Source of the DNA: Nitrososphaeraceae archaeon
GTDB taxonomy: Archaea > Thermoproteota > Nitrososphaeria > Nitrososphaerales > Nitrososphaeraceae
Direction: 5' to 3'
NCBI GenBank assembly: GCA_035297365.1
Contig: DATGZA010000014.1
Coordinates: forward strand, 32,001-96,000
DNA: 64,000 nucleotides
The position numbers and the translations under genes are program-made. The stretch's first letter is position 1. Every line of letters begins with the position of its first letter. Shown here piece after piece: positions 38,267-48,846 of this stretch. Under the pieces are notes generated by a model. The model searched no databases. It saw nothing but the letters and a program-made list of their open reading frames with translations, and had not been told where the DNA came from.

Positions 38267-39265
38267 TTACGAATTCCAACCTTTAGGATATGTATTGGGT
38301 TTCATTATTATCCTTTTCATCTTAAATGCAATTCCATTTTTACTTACGGCTATCTGGGGGACCGACATCAGAGATTCAGCCAAACCTACTATTTCCCCTT
38401 TCAAAGTGTACACACCCACCAACTCTCCAGTATCAAGTTTTTTTGATATTTGTGATATTCCCGGAATTGCCAGTTGTGCACCATGACATAATGCATCTAC
38501 TGCGGTATCTCTAATAACCACACAAGGAATTTCAGTTAGACATACCTCTATAGGACTTATCATAATTCGTAATTTTTCTTCGTCATTCTTCTCCTTGTAA
38601 GACAAATACGCGGAATTCAAATCATGTAGTTTGACCAATCCATTTTTCTCAAAAAAATTACTTACTCTGGTGCGTCGAAGCTCCACCATTGTGGCTCCTG
38701 AACCTAATACCTCACCGATATCATAAATCAGTTTTCTTATATAAGTACCAGCTTGACACAAGATTCTCAAGAGGATAATTCTGTCACCAGATTCCACAAA
38801 TTCCAGTTCATATATTTTTCTTATTCTAGTCATTCTCTTAACGGAGGAACGTTGTGGAGGTCGTTGGTAAATATCGTCATGAAATTCTTTTAGAACAGAC
38901 TCTATCCTTTCTTTTTGTAAGTCAGAATGAATTCTTGCTATTGAATAATATTCTTTCGGACCCAGTAATAACACAGATAATGCTTTTGTACCTTCTCCTA
39001 GCCCCATTGGTAACAATCCAGTTGCAGCTGGATCTAGCGTCCCGCTATGTCCAGTTTTTTGAATATTTAACATTCTTTTTACCCATGAAGCTACCTCATG
39101 ACTGGTTGGTCCAGAAGGTTTATCAATTAATATAATACCATAATCTAGTAATTTATCAAGTGGTCTTTCGAAAGGACTATTACCATATCTGTCATCGGTA
39201 ACGTTATCACTTAACGTAATCAAATCTTGAAATTGATATAGATTTCTAAATTTCTTTTCAGTCAT
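38267..39265 (-). CDS. cbf5: H/ACA pseudouridine synthase Cbf5
   Basis: DKPSGPTSHE, GHSGTLDP, QRPP, GTYIRKL, C-terminal PUA domain. Confidence 0.96.
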   Translation of the reverse strand: MTEKKFRNLYQFQDLITLSDNVTDDRYGNSPFERPLDKLLDYGIILIDKPSGPTSHEVASWVKRMLNIQKTGHSGTLDPAATGLLPMGLGEGTKALSVLLLGPKEYYSIARIHSDLQKERIESVLKEFHDDIYQRPPQRSSVKRMTRIRKIYELEFVESGDRIILLRILCQAGTYIRKLIYDIGEVLGSGATMVELRRTRVSNFFEKNGLVKLHDLNSAYLSYKEKNDEEKLRIMISPIEVCLTEIPCVVIRDTAVDALCHGAQLAIPGISQISKKLDTGELVGVYTLKGEIVGLAESLMSVPQIAVSKNGIAFKMKRIIMKPNTYPKGWNS

Positions 39266-39340
39266 TTTCAGTAGTATTTTAAACCTCCCATAATTAATTA
39301 TTTATTGAGTATTCAGATTATTCAAAATAATAAATGAAAA

Positions 39341-39934
39341 TTAAATTTTCAGATTTTTGACGATATGTTTTGATATAGAAATTAGAGAATTGAGATCTAA
39401 AAGGTCCGTATCCAATACAAAATCAAAAACTGTCAAATCTTTCCCGAATTCATAACCATAGAGATTATGATATATTCTTACATTATTTTCATCACGCTGT
39501 AATATTATTTCTTTTGCTTGTTTAACATTGAGATTATCTCTTTTAGCCATTCTTTTAATTCTATTACTTCGAGATCCCTTTAACCATATTTTTATCGATT
39601 CCGGCACAAGCCATGGAAGTGTATAACTTGTAACTATTACATCTCCATGTCTAACTATTTCAACGAGTTTTCTATCAACCTCTATATCAAAATATGAATT
39701 TGACTCTCTTTCTTCCATGAAGTTTTTTGCTTCATCAGTATCCCACCAATCATTACCAGATACGCAATATCCTTTTTCTGATGCAAGCAACTTGAGAACA
39801 TCTCCTCCATTATATTGTCTATATCCCAGTTCTTTTGCCAAAGCAGTAGCAAGGGTTGTTTTCCCTACAGCGGGCCAACCCGAAATTACTATACTATTTA
39901 GTTTTTTGTTTTCATAGGAGATATAATCATGCAT
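39341..39934 (-). CDS. cmk: archaeal cytidylate kinase
   Basis: SGWPAVGKTT P-loop; conserved position between DUF106 and cbf5. Confidence 0.88.
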   Translation of the reverse strand: MHDYISYENKKLNSIVISGWPAVGKTTLATALAKELGYRQYNGGDVLKLLASEKGYCVSGNDWWDTDEAKNFMEERESNSYFDIEVDRKLVEIVRHGDVIVTSYTLPWLVPESIKIWLKGSRSNRIKRMAKRDNLNVKQAKEIILQRDENNVRIYHNLYGYEFGKDLTVFDFVLDTDLLDLNSLISISKHIVKNLKI

Positions 39935-39935
39935 T

Positions 39936-40547
39936 TCACGTCATACTTGGAAGAGAAGTTTTAGTAAGTTTGGCCACAATACCACTAGTTCCCAGGGAAG
40001 TAATCAGAAACCATCCCCATAAAAAAACTTCTCCTGGAATAGTACAAGCACCTTTTGGTTGTCCTTTATCATCTAGGACAGTATCTTTAGCAACATTGTC
40101 AGATGTGCACATTATCCATGGAACATGAAGTGGCGAAAGAGCAACAGTAGAGCCAAAAACTGTAGGAAATACCAAGATCCATAACATGAATGAAGGAATC
40201 ATGTATAATAGCATAGGACGCATCTGTTGTTGTTGCATTTCCATTCCCATTTTTGTCATATATGCTTGCTTTTTCTTCAGTTCACTGATCCTTTGTTTAT
40301 CTTGTTTTTTAATTGCATCTCTATACTCCTTATTGAAGTTTTTTTGTTCCTGCATGACTTTTGTCAATCTATCAATATCTGTTGTTTTTTTTCGCAATAG
40401 AGCAAATGCAAAATTCAAACCTATAGAAATAACAGTAGCAACAATCATAGAAGATACCAAATCTGGAAAAATTGGATGCTTTGTATAGGTTGGTGCCAAC
40501 CCAGGCATTTGTAAAATTAGATCGCTAATATCCATATCAACAATCAC
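39936..40547 (-). CDS. EMC3/TMCO1 (DUF106) Oxa1-superfamily membrane insertase
   Basis: TM - coiled coil - MRPML TM - GWFLI TM topology; follows adk. Confidence 0.88.
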   Translation of the reverse strand: MIVDMDISDLILQMPGLAPTYTKHPIFPDLVSSMIVATVISIGLNFAFALLRKKTTDIDRLTKVMQEQKNFNKEYRDAIKKQDKQRISELKKKQAYMTKMGMEMQQQQMRPMLLYMIPSFMLWILVFPTVFGSTVALSPLHVPWIMCTSDNVAKDTVLDDKGQPKGACTIPGEVFLWGWFLITSLGTSGIVAKLTKTSLPSMT

Positions 40548-41137
40548 TCTGACGAATTACTAATTATTAAATTAACTAATTTCTTAGTACAATGTTCCAA
40601 GTGATTCTCATTATTTTGAACAATTTTAAAAGGAGCACCAGATATTACTGAACAACTTGAAATAAGCATCTTTGACACATCTATTTCGTTTTGAATTGAC
40701 TCGATTGATATTATATCCCTATCTCTTGAAGAATCATTTTGCCGCCTGTGATATATTTCTTCAGGCTTAGCGATAATCAAAACCAAGTTTGAAGGTTTAA
40801 GTAGATTTAGAAGATCCAATGGTAAACCAGGGTAATATCCTTCAAATGTGGTGATAAACAAATGCGTATCGATTATTACAATCTCAGATATTATTTCAGA
40901 GATTCTAGTTGCAGCTAACCTTTGAAGATTTTTTTGATCCTCAATCTGAAGTCTTCGAATTTCGTCTCTATTTTTTATATTAACTCTTTTGGCTTCCTCA
41001 AGCATTATCTTTCCGAATTCTGCCAAAGATGTTTTTATCCCGAGTTGTTCTAAAGACTTTTTTACTTCAGATACAATAGTAGTTTTTCCCACACCGGGGA
41101 TTCCAACTACAATAATTCGTTTATTCTTTTCTACCAA
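40544..41137 (-). CDS. adkA: archaeal adenylate kinase
   Basis: GIPGVGKTT, RDEIRR, IDTH, GYYPGLP, RRxNDxxRxRD. Confidence 0.95.
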   Translation of the reverse strand: MVEKNKRIIVVGIPGVGKTTIVSEVKKSLEQLGIKTSLAEFGKIMLEEAKRVNIKNRDEIRRLQIEDQKNLQRLAATRISEIISEIVIIDTHLFITTFEGYYPGLPLDLLNLLKPSNLVLIIAKPEEIYHRRQNDSSRDRDIISIESIQNEIDVSKMLISSCSVISGAPFKIVQNNENHLEHCTKKLVNLIISNSSE

Positions 41138-42554
41138 TTAAAGCCGCCAGTTTGGGCATATTAGTATCTACTTTTTCTCTTATGAGGAGATTATAGTAAT
41201 TCACAAGAATATCTACCATCAACAGCAATCCAATACCCCCACCAAATAAACCCAAAACGTCTGACACGGATGCTAATAAACCTATAGCTACTCCACCGAT
41301 AATAGTTACTGAGGGGATATACTTATCTAAAACATTCTGAACAGAATTTTGAGATCTTCTAAACCCTGGTATTTGTACATCAGCATCAAGGAGGTTTTTT
41401 GCAGCAGATTTAGCAGAGAGTCCCCCTAATTCAACCCATAATCTACCAAAAACAGTAACGATGGCCGTAATAAATATGATATTAACTACAGCTCTAATTG
41501 GGTCCTGAGCAGCGACATCGAGGCCTCTAGGGGTGGTGATATAATACAATAAACCACCAATAGGAGATTGTTGCTGTGCAGGATCAAACTGCGCTATCCA
41601 ATTAAAAAAAGGATTATCGTTTTCTGGATTGTAATTTGCCCAAAGCATTTGGCCCATAAATATTGCATTAGCTACCAAGGCAGTGGACAAAATTACAGGT
41701 ATATTAGATACGTATAGCATTTTTATTGGATAAACCGCAGTAAATCCCCTATACTTAGTTGACACTATAGGAATATCAATGTGAATGCCCTGAGTATACA
41801 CCAGAAGAGCAAGTACCCCCCCAGTTAGGATGAATGTGAACACACTTGGTAATTGACCACTCCTAAAGAAAACATCAGAAAGATCACCATGTGCTGCAGA
41901 GTCAATAATGAATGGGATTATGCCAACAGGTCCATCTGGACCCGCAACAGGGGTAAATACACTCCATAAGATGGTTTGCGCGACTCCAGCCGCGATAAAA
42001 AGACTAATACCAGAACCCAATCCCCAGCCTTTTTGTATTAATTCATCCAACAACATTACAATTAGACTAGTAAATATCAACTGAGCAATGAGAACATAGG
42101 TATATGCAGGAGAAGCTACCAGGGGACCGTAAACACTAGCGCCATATAGACCTCCCTCAGCGCAAATAACCATAATAGTAACTAACTTAGTTGCAGAAGT
42201 GAAAAGTGCTCTATCATCAGGATTTTTGAAATTTAATTTTAGAATATCTGAGCCTTTAAGTAATTGCATTAGAAGCCCTGCAGTAACAATTGGTCCAATA
42301 CCAAGTTCCAGAATAGTTCCTTGTTGTGCAGCAAATATAACACGAGCAAATGCTAGGAAGTCAAATTGAGGTTCATCAGTAACACCATAAAGGGGTACTT
42401 GACCCATAACAAGATATGCAAATACTGCTATACCACACCAAACAAATTTCTCTGTAAGAGTTATTTTCTTCTTTGGCTTTTCTACCTGAGGAATATAACG
42501 GGATATAGTTTTAATAGACTTACGTATAAATCCCTCATTCTGAACTGTACTCAT
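41121..42554 (-). CDS. secY: preprotein translocase SecY
   Basis: ELGIGPIVTA, KGWGLGSGISLFI, YVSNIP, IPGFR. Confidence 0.97.
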   Translation of the reverse strand: MSTVQNEGFIRKSIKTISRYIPQVEKPKKKITLTEKFVWCGIAVFAYLVMGQVPLYGVTDEPQFDFLAFARVIFAAQQGTILELGIGPIVTAGLLMQLLKGSDILKLNFKNPDDRALFTSATKLVTIMVICAEGGLYGASVYGPLVASPAYTYVLIAQLIFTSLIVMLLDELIQKGWGLGSGISLFIAAGVAQTILWSVFTPVAGPDGPVGIIPFIIDSAAHGDLSDVFFRSGQLPSVFTFILTGGVLALLVYTQGIHIDIPIVSTKYRGFTAVYPIKMLYVSNIPVILSTALVANAIFMGQMLWANYNPENDNPFFNWIAQFDPAQQQSPIGGLLYYITTPRGLDVAAQDPIRAVVNIIFITAIVTVFGRLWVELGGLSAKSAAKNLLDADVQIPGFRRSQNSVQNVLDKYIPSVTIIGGVAIGLLASVSDVLGLFGGGIGLLLMVDILVNYYNLLIREKVDTNMPKLAALIGRKE

Positions 42555-42969
42555 TGTAAATTACGTTCCCCCCAACTGCCTGAATTTTTTCCAAGGCTTT
42601 TTTTGAAATTCTGCCGATTTTGATAGTTAATTTTGATTTTATTTTACCTGAGCCTAATAACTTGTCATAACCAAGTGAAGTTAAATCAAAAAAATTCTGA
42701 TGCTTGGCATTATCTTTATATTTATTATATAAAGAATCAAGATCCCTTAAATTTATCCATTTTTTCACATAATTTTTATGATGAGAATTACTTTGACTGT
42801 GACCAAAGTGATCTGGTTCCTCGATAACAGTTCTTATCCAGAAATGTTTATGCTTTCCAGCTTGTCCAACACCACCTCTAGATCCCGATTGACGGTGTTG
42901 TCCTATCTGACCCCACCCGCAATACCTAGTTCCTCTTTGTCTCCTACTTTTTCTTAATCTAGTGGCCAT
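42535..42969 (-). CDS. rpl15: 50S ribosomal protein uL15
   Basis: RGTRYCGWG...HRQSGSRGG, YDKLLGSG, KIQAVGG. Confidence 0.96.
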   Translation of the reverse strand: MATRLRKSRRQRGTRYCGWGQIGQHRQSGSRGGVGQAGKHKHFWIRTVIEEPDHFGHSQSNSHHKNYVKKWINLRDLDSLYNKYKDNAKHQNFFDLTSLGYDKLLGSGKIKSKLTIKIGRISKKALEKIQAVGGNVIYNEYSSE

Positions 42970-43053
42970 AACCTATATCCTCAAACATATTGAATTATTA
43001 AAAACAGTTAGCATAATCATTCTTATTCTTTGATAAATAAAATTTTGCAGTAT

Positions 43054-43524
43054 TTATATCATTCTCCTAATAAGATCAATAAGTTCATCATTTTCGCCAA
43101 GTATGCCCTTTTGTGAGTACTGAGTTTTTGTTTTTCTTTTAAAACCACCTTTTGGAGAATTTAGGGAGAACCAAGGTTTAATTTCTTTAATATCGGATAA
43201 ACTAAGATTATTTTCGTATATAGATTTTGCCAATTCATCTAATGACTTGAATGTTGAAGGAAGATTACCAATATTGTGGTTTCTTAATCCACTAACTTTC
43301 CCTCTTCGCTCTAATAATTCTTGGATTATAGAACCATCTACAGATTTCCAAGCCACCATGTCTTTAACCTTCCTTAACATCCCCAAGGTCTGAGAATCCT
43401 CTTTAATAATAGTAGCGTTGAATCTTCTCCTTAGATTAAGATTCTCTAATGTTTTTTCAGCCCAAATTGGAGCATTTACCAATCCACGTATTCTTATTAC
43501 TAAATAAACCATCTTACCCATCAC
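43054..43524 (-). CDS. rpl30: 50S ribosomal protein uL30
   Basis: VIRIRG, GMLRKVKD, FSLNSPKGGF. Confidence 0.95.
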   Translation of the reverse strand: MMGKMVYLVIRIRGLVNAPIWAEKTLENLNLRRRFNATIIKEDSQTLGMLRKVKDMVAWKSVDGSIIQELLERRGKVSGLRNHNIGNLPSTFKSLDELAKSIYENNLSLSDIKEIKPWFSLNSPKGGFKRKTKTQYSQKGILGENDELIDLIRRMI

Positions 43525-44165
43525 CCCGCTGCATACGTGCTTCTTAAAGCATCAAAAATAGCCTTTGTAGTAGACGCCATTGTATTTGTAGCTCCGAAGG
43601 ATTTTGTCCATGCATCATTTAACCCAGCTAACTTGAGTAATGATCTAATGTTTTCACCAGCAACCAGACCCAGACCTCGAGGCCCGGGTAATATTTCAAT
43701 TGTGACACTGCCACCTCTGCCTGATACCTTAAAAGGTATTGAATGAAGTTGATTACATCTACACTCCCAACTTCCACATCCAAGTTTAATTGGAATAACA
43801 TTTAGATATGCAGAATTAATTGCCTTATCAATCGCATTTCGCATTTGTGCTGCTTTCCCCTTCCCTATTCCAAACCATCCATTTTCATTACCCACAGCCA
43901 CTAATGCATTGAACCTTGTCATTTCACCTGCGTCAGTTTGTTTTTGTACTATTCCTACATGCACTACCTGGCTTTTAATATCGGGAAGAAGATGTTTAAC
44001 TATTTCTGATTCTTGAATCCTCATTCCATTTTCAAACACTTGTTCCATTGAACTGATCTTCCCTCCAGCAACCATTATCCCTAAGGTTGTCCTTGGTTTC
44101 CATTCTACTTGTTTTTCGTCCCTACCTCTTGTATATTGTGAATTTTTTGTAAATTGGTGACTCAT
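43521..44165 (-). CDS. rps5: 30S ribosomal protein uS5
   Basis: WKPRTTLG, QKQTDAG, GCGSWEC, PRGLGL. Confidence 0.97.
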   Translation of the reverse strand: MSHQFTKNSQYTRGRDEKQVEWKPRTTLGIMVAGGKISSMEQVFENGMRIQESEIVKHLLPDIKSQVVHVGIVQKQTDAGEMTRFNALVAVGNENGWFGIGKGKAAQMRNAIDKAINSAYLNVIPIKLGCGSWECRCNQLHSIPFKVSGRGGSVTIEILPGPRGLGLVAGENIRSLLKLAGLNDAWTKSFGATNTMASTTKAIFDALRSTYAAG

Positions 44166-44210
44166 TTAATAAATATCTCCTTTATTAATACAAGTTTCAT
44201 CTTCTTTTCA

Positions 44211-44834
44211 TTACGAATTGTTATCTGCTATTTTATCTTTATTGTTAGAGGTCATTTCAAAATCTGTCGTACTTAAATTAGATATTTTCTTTTTAATTTC
44301 TTCAAAATGTGTTTTATAATGTTCAGGTTCTAATCCTTTTTTTATTATATTGGAAAACCTCATCATGTACTGATCATTATTTCCCTTCAATGAAAAAGCG
44401 TAAGTTGATATATGTTCCCCGCTAAGTCTATCTTCTGCCGGAATTGACTTTTCGGATGAAGGTACCTTGATACCACCATCTATAATTCCTTTGAGACAGG
44501 CAGCAGTTCTTTGAGTAAATGTATCTCTTCCAGTATACAGTACTGCATTTTTAACTCCTTTAAAGGAGCCTTTTTTCCCTAATAACAAGCCAGTAAGATA
44601 GCAAGCTGGAAGAGAATTATTGGAACCCTTCCATCCAAAACCTTCCAAGTTTGTAGAATGAGCAAAGGCAATTACCTTATCCCCGACGATATTAGGTTCA
44701 AGCAACTGCGTTAGAATATTTTGATTACTTAATTTTACTGTTATAAATTGTTGGTTACTTTGCAATAACGAAGAACGCTTATGATAATTAGTTTTTTTCT
44801 CTCTTATTCGCTTTAAAGTGTGAACATACGTCAA
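44211..44834 (-). CDS. rpl18: 50S ribosomal protein uL18
   Basis: RIREKKTNY, PACYLTG, RLSGEHI. Confidence 0.95.
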   Translation of the reverse strand: MTYVHTLKRIREKKTNYHKRSSLLQSNQQFITVKLSNQNILTQLLEPNIVGDKVIAFAHSTNLEGFGWKGSNNSLPACYLTGLLLGKKGSFKGVKNAVLYTGRDTFTQRTAACLKGIIDGGIKVPSSEKSIPAEDRLSGEHISTYAFSLKGNNDQYMMRFSNIIKKGLEPEHYKTHFEEIKKKISNLSTTDFEMTSNNKDKIADNNS

Positions 44835-44912
44835 TACATATCATCTCCAATTTGTTGAATATTTGATGCAGAGTATCAAAATCACTTATAAACGTTTTAT
44901 TAAAACAATTAA

Positions 44913-45698
44913 CTAAACAGTCTTAGAACTTATTCTATTGGCGATTAAAGATGCAAATGCTCCTGCACCAATTCCATTATCTATATTTACCACAGTGAGT
45001 CCCAATGCACAACTTTGAAGCATCGTGGAAAGGGCTGCAATACCATTGGAGCCAAAACCATATCCTATAGAAGTAGGTACTCCTATAACGGGTATGTCTA
45101 CACATGATGATACTATTGAAGCTAAAGCTCCTTCCATTCCTGCGACTACAACAATTGCATGCACGTTATCAGATATCATTTTTTTGAGAGACGGAAAAAT
45201 TCGATGAATACCCGCTATACCTACATCATATGAAACAATTGCATCACATCCCATTGCTTTAGATACTAATCGAGCTTCTTCTGCAATGCCCACATCTGAT
45301 GTACCAGCAGAAAAAATACCGATTTTGGAATTCGGATTAGTTTTCATTGCTCGATCTTTTGATATCAGAATAGTAGAACTATTTTTACCAATCTCAAAAA
45401 ATAGATTATTTTTTCTAGAAAATTCTTGTATCTTCTTGATGTATGCCTTTGGTGTTCTACTGATAATTACCTTTTCATTTTTTTTTATGATCCGCTTAAG
45501 AATAACAAGAATGTCTAAATATGATTTTCTTTCTCCATAAATAATCTCTGGAATACCTCTTCTTATTTCTCTATGTATATCCAAGTTTGCGATGTTATTT
45601 CCAATATTTTCTACATAGTTATATGAAATTATTTTTTTGAAGTCCTCCAGGGAAATCTTTCCAGTATTGTATTCTTTTAGAAGAATATCTAAATCCAT
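44913..45698 (-). CDS. larB: nickel-pincer cofactor biosynthesis carboxylase/hydrolase LarB
   Basis: DxHRExRRGIPE, AGTSD, DVGIAGIHR, AGMEGAL, PTSIGYG, VVNIDNG. Confidence 0.93.
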   Translation of the reverse strand: MDLDILLKEYNTGKISLEDFKKIISYNYVENIGNNIANLDIHREIRRGIPEIIYGERKSYLDILVILKRIIKKNEKVIISRTPKAYIKKIQEFSRKNNLFFEIGKNSSTILISKDRAMKTNPNSKIGIFSAGTSDVGIAEEARLVSKAMGCDAIVSYDVGIAGIHRIFPSLKKMISDNVHAIVVVAGMEGALASIVSSCVDIPVIGVPTSIGYGFGSNGIAALSTMLQSCALGLTVVNIDNGIGAGAFASLIANRISSKTV

Positions 45699-45706
45699 TG
45701 TTATAT

Positions 45707-46621
45707 TTACAATCCTAATGATTTTATCGCTTCTTTAACACTTTTTACTCCTAGGTCAAATATGGACCTTTCAGATTTGTCTAGATCAAGTTCGATTATT
45801 TTTTCTATTCCTTGAGATCCTAATACCACTGGAACTCCAATACACAATTCTGATATACCATATTCTCCTTCCACATATGCCGAGACTGGAATAACCATCT
45901 TTTTGTCCTTTACAATACTTTCAATCATGGTTGCAACAGCATTCCCGGGAGCATATACAGTTGCACCCTTTAGAGAAATTACTTCAGCTGCCACACTCTT
46001 AGTTTTTTCAAATATTTTGCTTGATTCTTCACCAGATAATAGGTCTTTTAGCGGTATTCCACCGATAGAAGAAAATCTTATCAAAGGTAACATATTTTCT
46101 CCGTGCTCCCCTATTACCATAGCCTGAATCGATTCCCTGGAATAGCCTTTAACGTCATGAATAAAACTTTTGAATCTCGATAAATCAAGCATACCGCCCA
46201 TCCCCATTACTTTGCTTTTCGGAAAATTGGTAGTTTTTAAAGCTAAATAGGTCATGGGATCCAATGGATTTGTTACTACGATCAAATTACTATTTTTCGC
46301 ATATAATGAAATTTTATTAGAAACATCTTTCACAACAGTAGCATTTCTATTCAAAAGATCCATTCGAGTCATTCCTGGTTTTCTTCCTATGCCAGCAACC
46401 AAGACGACAAAATTTGAATTCCGCATATCTTCATAATCATTCGAACCTTTGATTCTTGGATCAAATCCTCTTTCAGATAATTGATGATTAATATCCATAG
46501 CTTCTCCTTGGGGAAGTCCTTCGATTACATCTAACAATAAAACATCATCTAATTCTCTTAATGCACAATTTAATGCCACAGAAGCACCAACTCTTCCGGA
46601 TCCTATTATTGTAATTGTCAT
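45707..46621 (-). CDS. mdh: LDH-like malate dehydrogenase
   Basis: [16 protein letters not shown] (Arg specificity residue), TNPLD, GEHGE. Confidence 0.95.
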   Translation of the reverse strand: MTITIIGSGRVGASVALNCALRELDDVLLLDVIEGLPQGEAMDINHQLSERGFDPRIKGSNDYEDMRNSNFVVLVAGIGRKPGMTRMDLLNRNATVVKDVSNKISLYAKNSNLIVVTNPLDPMTYLALKTTNFPKSKVMGMGGMLDLSRFKSFIHDVKGYSRESIQAMVIGEHGENMLPLIRFSSIGGIPLKDLLSGEESSKIFEKTKSVAAEVISLKGATVYAPGNAVATMIESIVKDKKMVIPVSAYVEGEYGISELCIGVPVVLGSQGIEKIIELDLDKSERSIFDLGVKSVKEAIKSLGL

Positions 46622-46777
46622 TTTGATCGATTGTTCATTTAGACAAATTATAATCTTACTAAAATAGTTTCTAATTAAAATGGTCCGTTTGAGATAATAA
46701 CTTCTTTATAGTATCTTAATAACTATATATAAGTAGGATAGTGTACTTCCCAAAAATAATATTAAAAGGAGTACAGA

Positions 46778-48019
46778 ATGTCAAATATTACAATAATTGA
46801 CCCTCAGATCTCAGGGATTTCAGGCGACATGTTAATGTCTGCACTAGTGGATGCAGGCGCTGATAAAAAGAAAATTATTGATTCTATATATAAATGTGAA
46901 AAATATATTACTGGAAGTAAAATAGTTGACGCTAAATTTGAAAAGATAACTGTTCATGGTTTTAAGGCAACGAGATTTTTTTTTAAATATCAGGATAAAA
47001 CTTTGAAAAGAAAAGCAATTGAGATGTACAAGATTCTATCGAAGTGCGCTGAAAATTTAAATCTAGACCCACGAGCGAATAGTTTTTTACTGAACTCGTT
47101 AAAAACTTTAATAAATGCTGAAAGTAGAATTCATGGCAAACCTGTTGAAAAGATTCATTTGCATGAAGCTTCTAGTATAGACACATTTGTGGATTTAATT
47201 GGATGTTCTATTGCACTGGAAAACTTGAAAATTTTTGACTCAAGAATAGTTACGACTCATATTTCAGTTGGTAGCGGACTAACAGATTTTTCTCATGGAA
47301 CGGTTGCTAATCCTACTAACGCAATTTTAGAAATATTCCGAGGGAGATCATTTGTTTTATCTGGCAACAATCTTGGAGAGATTACCACACCAACTGGGGC
47401 ATCCATGCTAGTAAATCTTACATCAGAATGTGTAGATTATTACCCTAAATTTGTTCCGATTAAGATTGGACTAGGTAATGGTCAGAAGGAATTTCTTACC
47501 TGTCCGAACATTCTCAGAGTAATAATAGCAAAGGATCCTATTAATTCTAAAACAAATTACGAGGATGTAGTACTATTAGAAACCAATATTGATGATTTAT
47601 CTGGAGAAATATTAGGCAATTTGATTGAGGTAATTATGAAGGAAGGAGCAAAAGATGTCACAGTAATTCCTGGGATAACAAAGAAAAATAGACCTGTTCA
47701 CATATTAAGAATAATTACTGATAGATTGAAAATAAATGACATTGCTGAGAAAATATATATTGAATCTGGCACTTCAGGCATTAGAATTCAAGACTTGAAT
47801 AGAATAGCATTGTTTAGAAATATTATAACTATGCCGATATCCGTAAAAAACAAAACTTACAATGTGAGAGTAAAAATTGTAAAAGATCCACGTAATAAAA
47901 TAATAAACGTAAAACCCGAATATGACGATCTGAAAAAGATAGCGGAGGCTAGTGGTATGTCATTAAGAAAAGTTATGAATTACGCTATATGTCAAACAAT
48001 GTCAAAATTTGATGAGTGA
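46778..48019 (+). CDS. larC: nickel-pincer cofactor nickel insertase LarC
   Basis: SGISGDM, AESRIHG...IHLHE, TPTGA, LETNIDD, KKNRP, KPEYDD; AGGAG RBS upstream. Confidence 0.93.
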   Translation: MSNITIIDPQISGISGDMLMSALVDAGADKKKIIDSIYKCEKYITGSKIVDAKFEKITVHGFKATRFFFKYQDKTLKRKAIEMYKILSKCAENLNLDPRANSFLLNSLKTLINAESRIHGKPVEKIHLHEASSIDTFVDLIGCSIALENLKIFDSRIVTTHISVGSGLTDFSHGTVANPTNAILEIFRGRSFVLSGNNLGEITTPTGASMLVNLTSECVDYYPKFVPIKIGLGNGQKEFLTCPNILRVIIAKDPINSKTNYEDVVLLETNIDDLSGEILGNLIEVIMKEGAKDVTVIPGITKKNRPVHILRIITDRLKINDIAEKIYIESGTSGIRIQDLNRIALFRNIITMPISVKNKTYNVRVKIVKDPRNKIINVKPEYDDLKKIAEASGMSLRKVMNYAICQTMSKFDE

Positions 48020-48840
48020 TTGTTGACATGCACGATTATGAAATGAGTTTCATTAGATTAAAAGAATGGTTTAGTGAAAATACAGATGGCAGGGTTGTGG
48101 TAGCGTTATCTGGAGGGGTAGATAGTGCAGTCGTTGCTCTGGCTGCAAAACATACACTACAAGATAATGCATTAGCTATCACAGCAAATTATAAGACCTT
48201 AGCTGAATCAGAAATGAATACTGCAATAAATATAGCTAAGGAAATAGGTATTAGACACATAATAATAGAATATAGTGAACTAGATGATCCGAAATTCACA
48301 AGAAACGATAATTTGAGATGTTACTATTGTAGAAAATCTCTTTCAGAATATCTTTTATCTTATTCAAAATTATTCAATATTTCGTGTATTGTTGACGGTA
48401 CTAATGTGGATGACCTGGTGGATTATAGACCAGGAATAAAAGCCCTAAGAGAATACGGAATAAAAAGTCCGCTATTAGACATCAAAATAGAGAAGCATAT
48501 GATAAGAAAAATTGCTAAAAATTTTGGTCTATCCATTTCCAATAAGCCATCAAATTCATGTCTTGCATCAAGGATACCATATGGCAAAAAGATCACACAA
48601 GAAAAGTTAACAAAAATAGAGAACGCAGAGAAGATAGTAAAAGAATTATTCAAAGTTGAACAAGTACGGGTAAGAGATCATGAGAAGATTGCACGAATTG
48701 AGATAGGAACTGATGAATTTGGAAAAATGTTTGATTCCAATAAATTAAAAATATTGAATTCCAAATTAAGAGAGATTGGATTCCAATATGTTACTTTAGA
48801 TTTAGCAGGGTATAAATCTGGCAATTTGGTTGTGATATAA
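48016..48840 (+). CDS. larE: ATP-dependent sulfur transferase LarE
   Basis: SGGVDS PP-loop, RCYYCR, DYRPG, SCLASR, VRVRDH, GYKSG. Confidence 0.93.
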   Translation: MIVDMHDYEMSFIRLKEWFSENTDGRVVVALSGGVDSAVVALAAKHTLQDNALAITANYKTLAESEMNTAINIAKEIGIRHIIIEYSELDDPKFTRNDNLRCYYCRKSLSEYLLSYSKLFNISCIVDGTNVDDLVDYRPGIKALREYGIKSPLLDIKIEKHMIRKIAKNFGLSISNKPSNSCLASRIPYGKKITQEKLTKIENAEKIVKELFKVEQVRVRDHEKIARIEIGTDEFGKMFDSNKLKILNSKLREIGFQYVTLDLAGYKSGNLVVI

Positions 48841-48846
48841 TAATTT

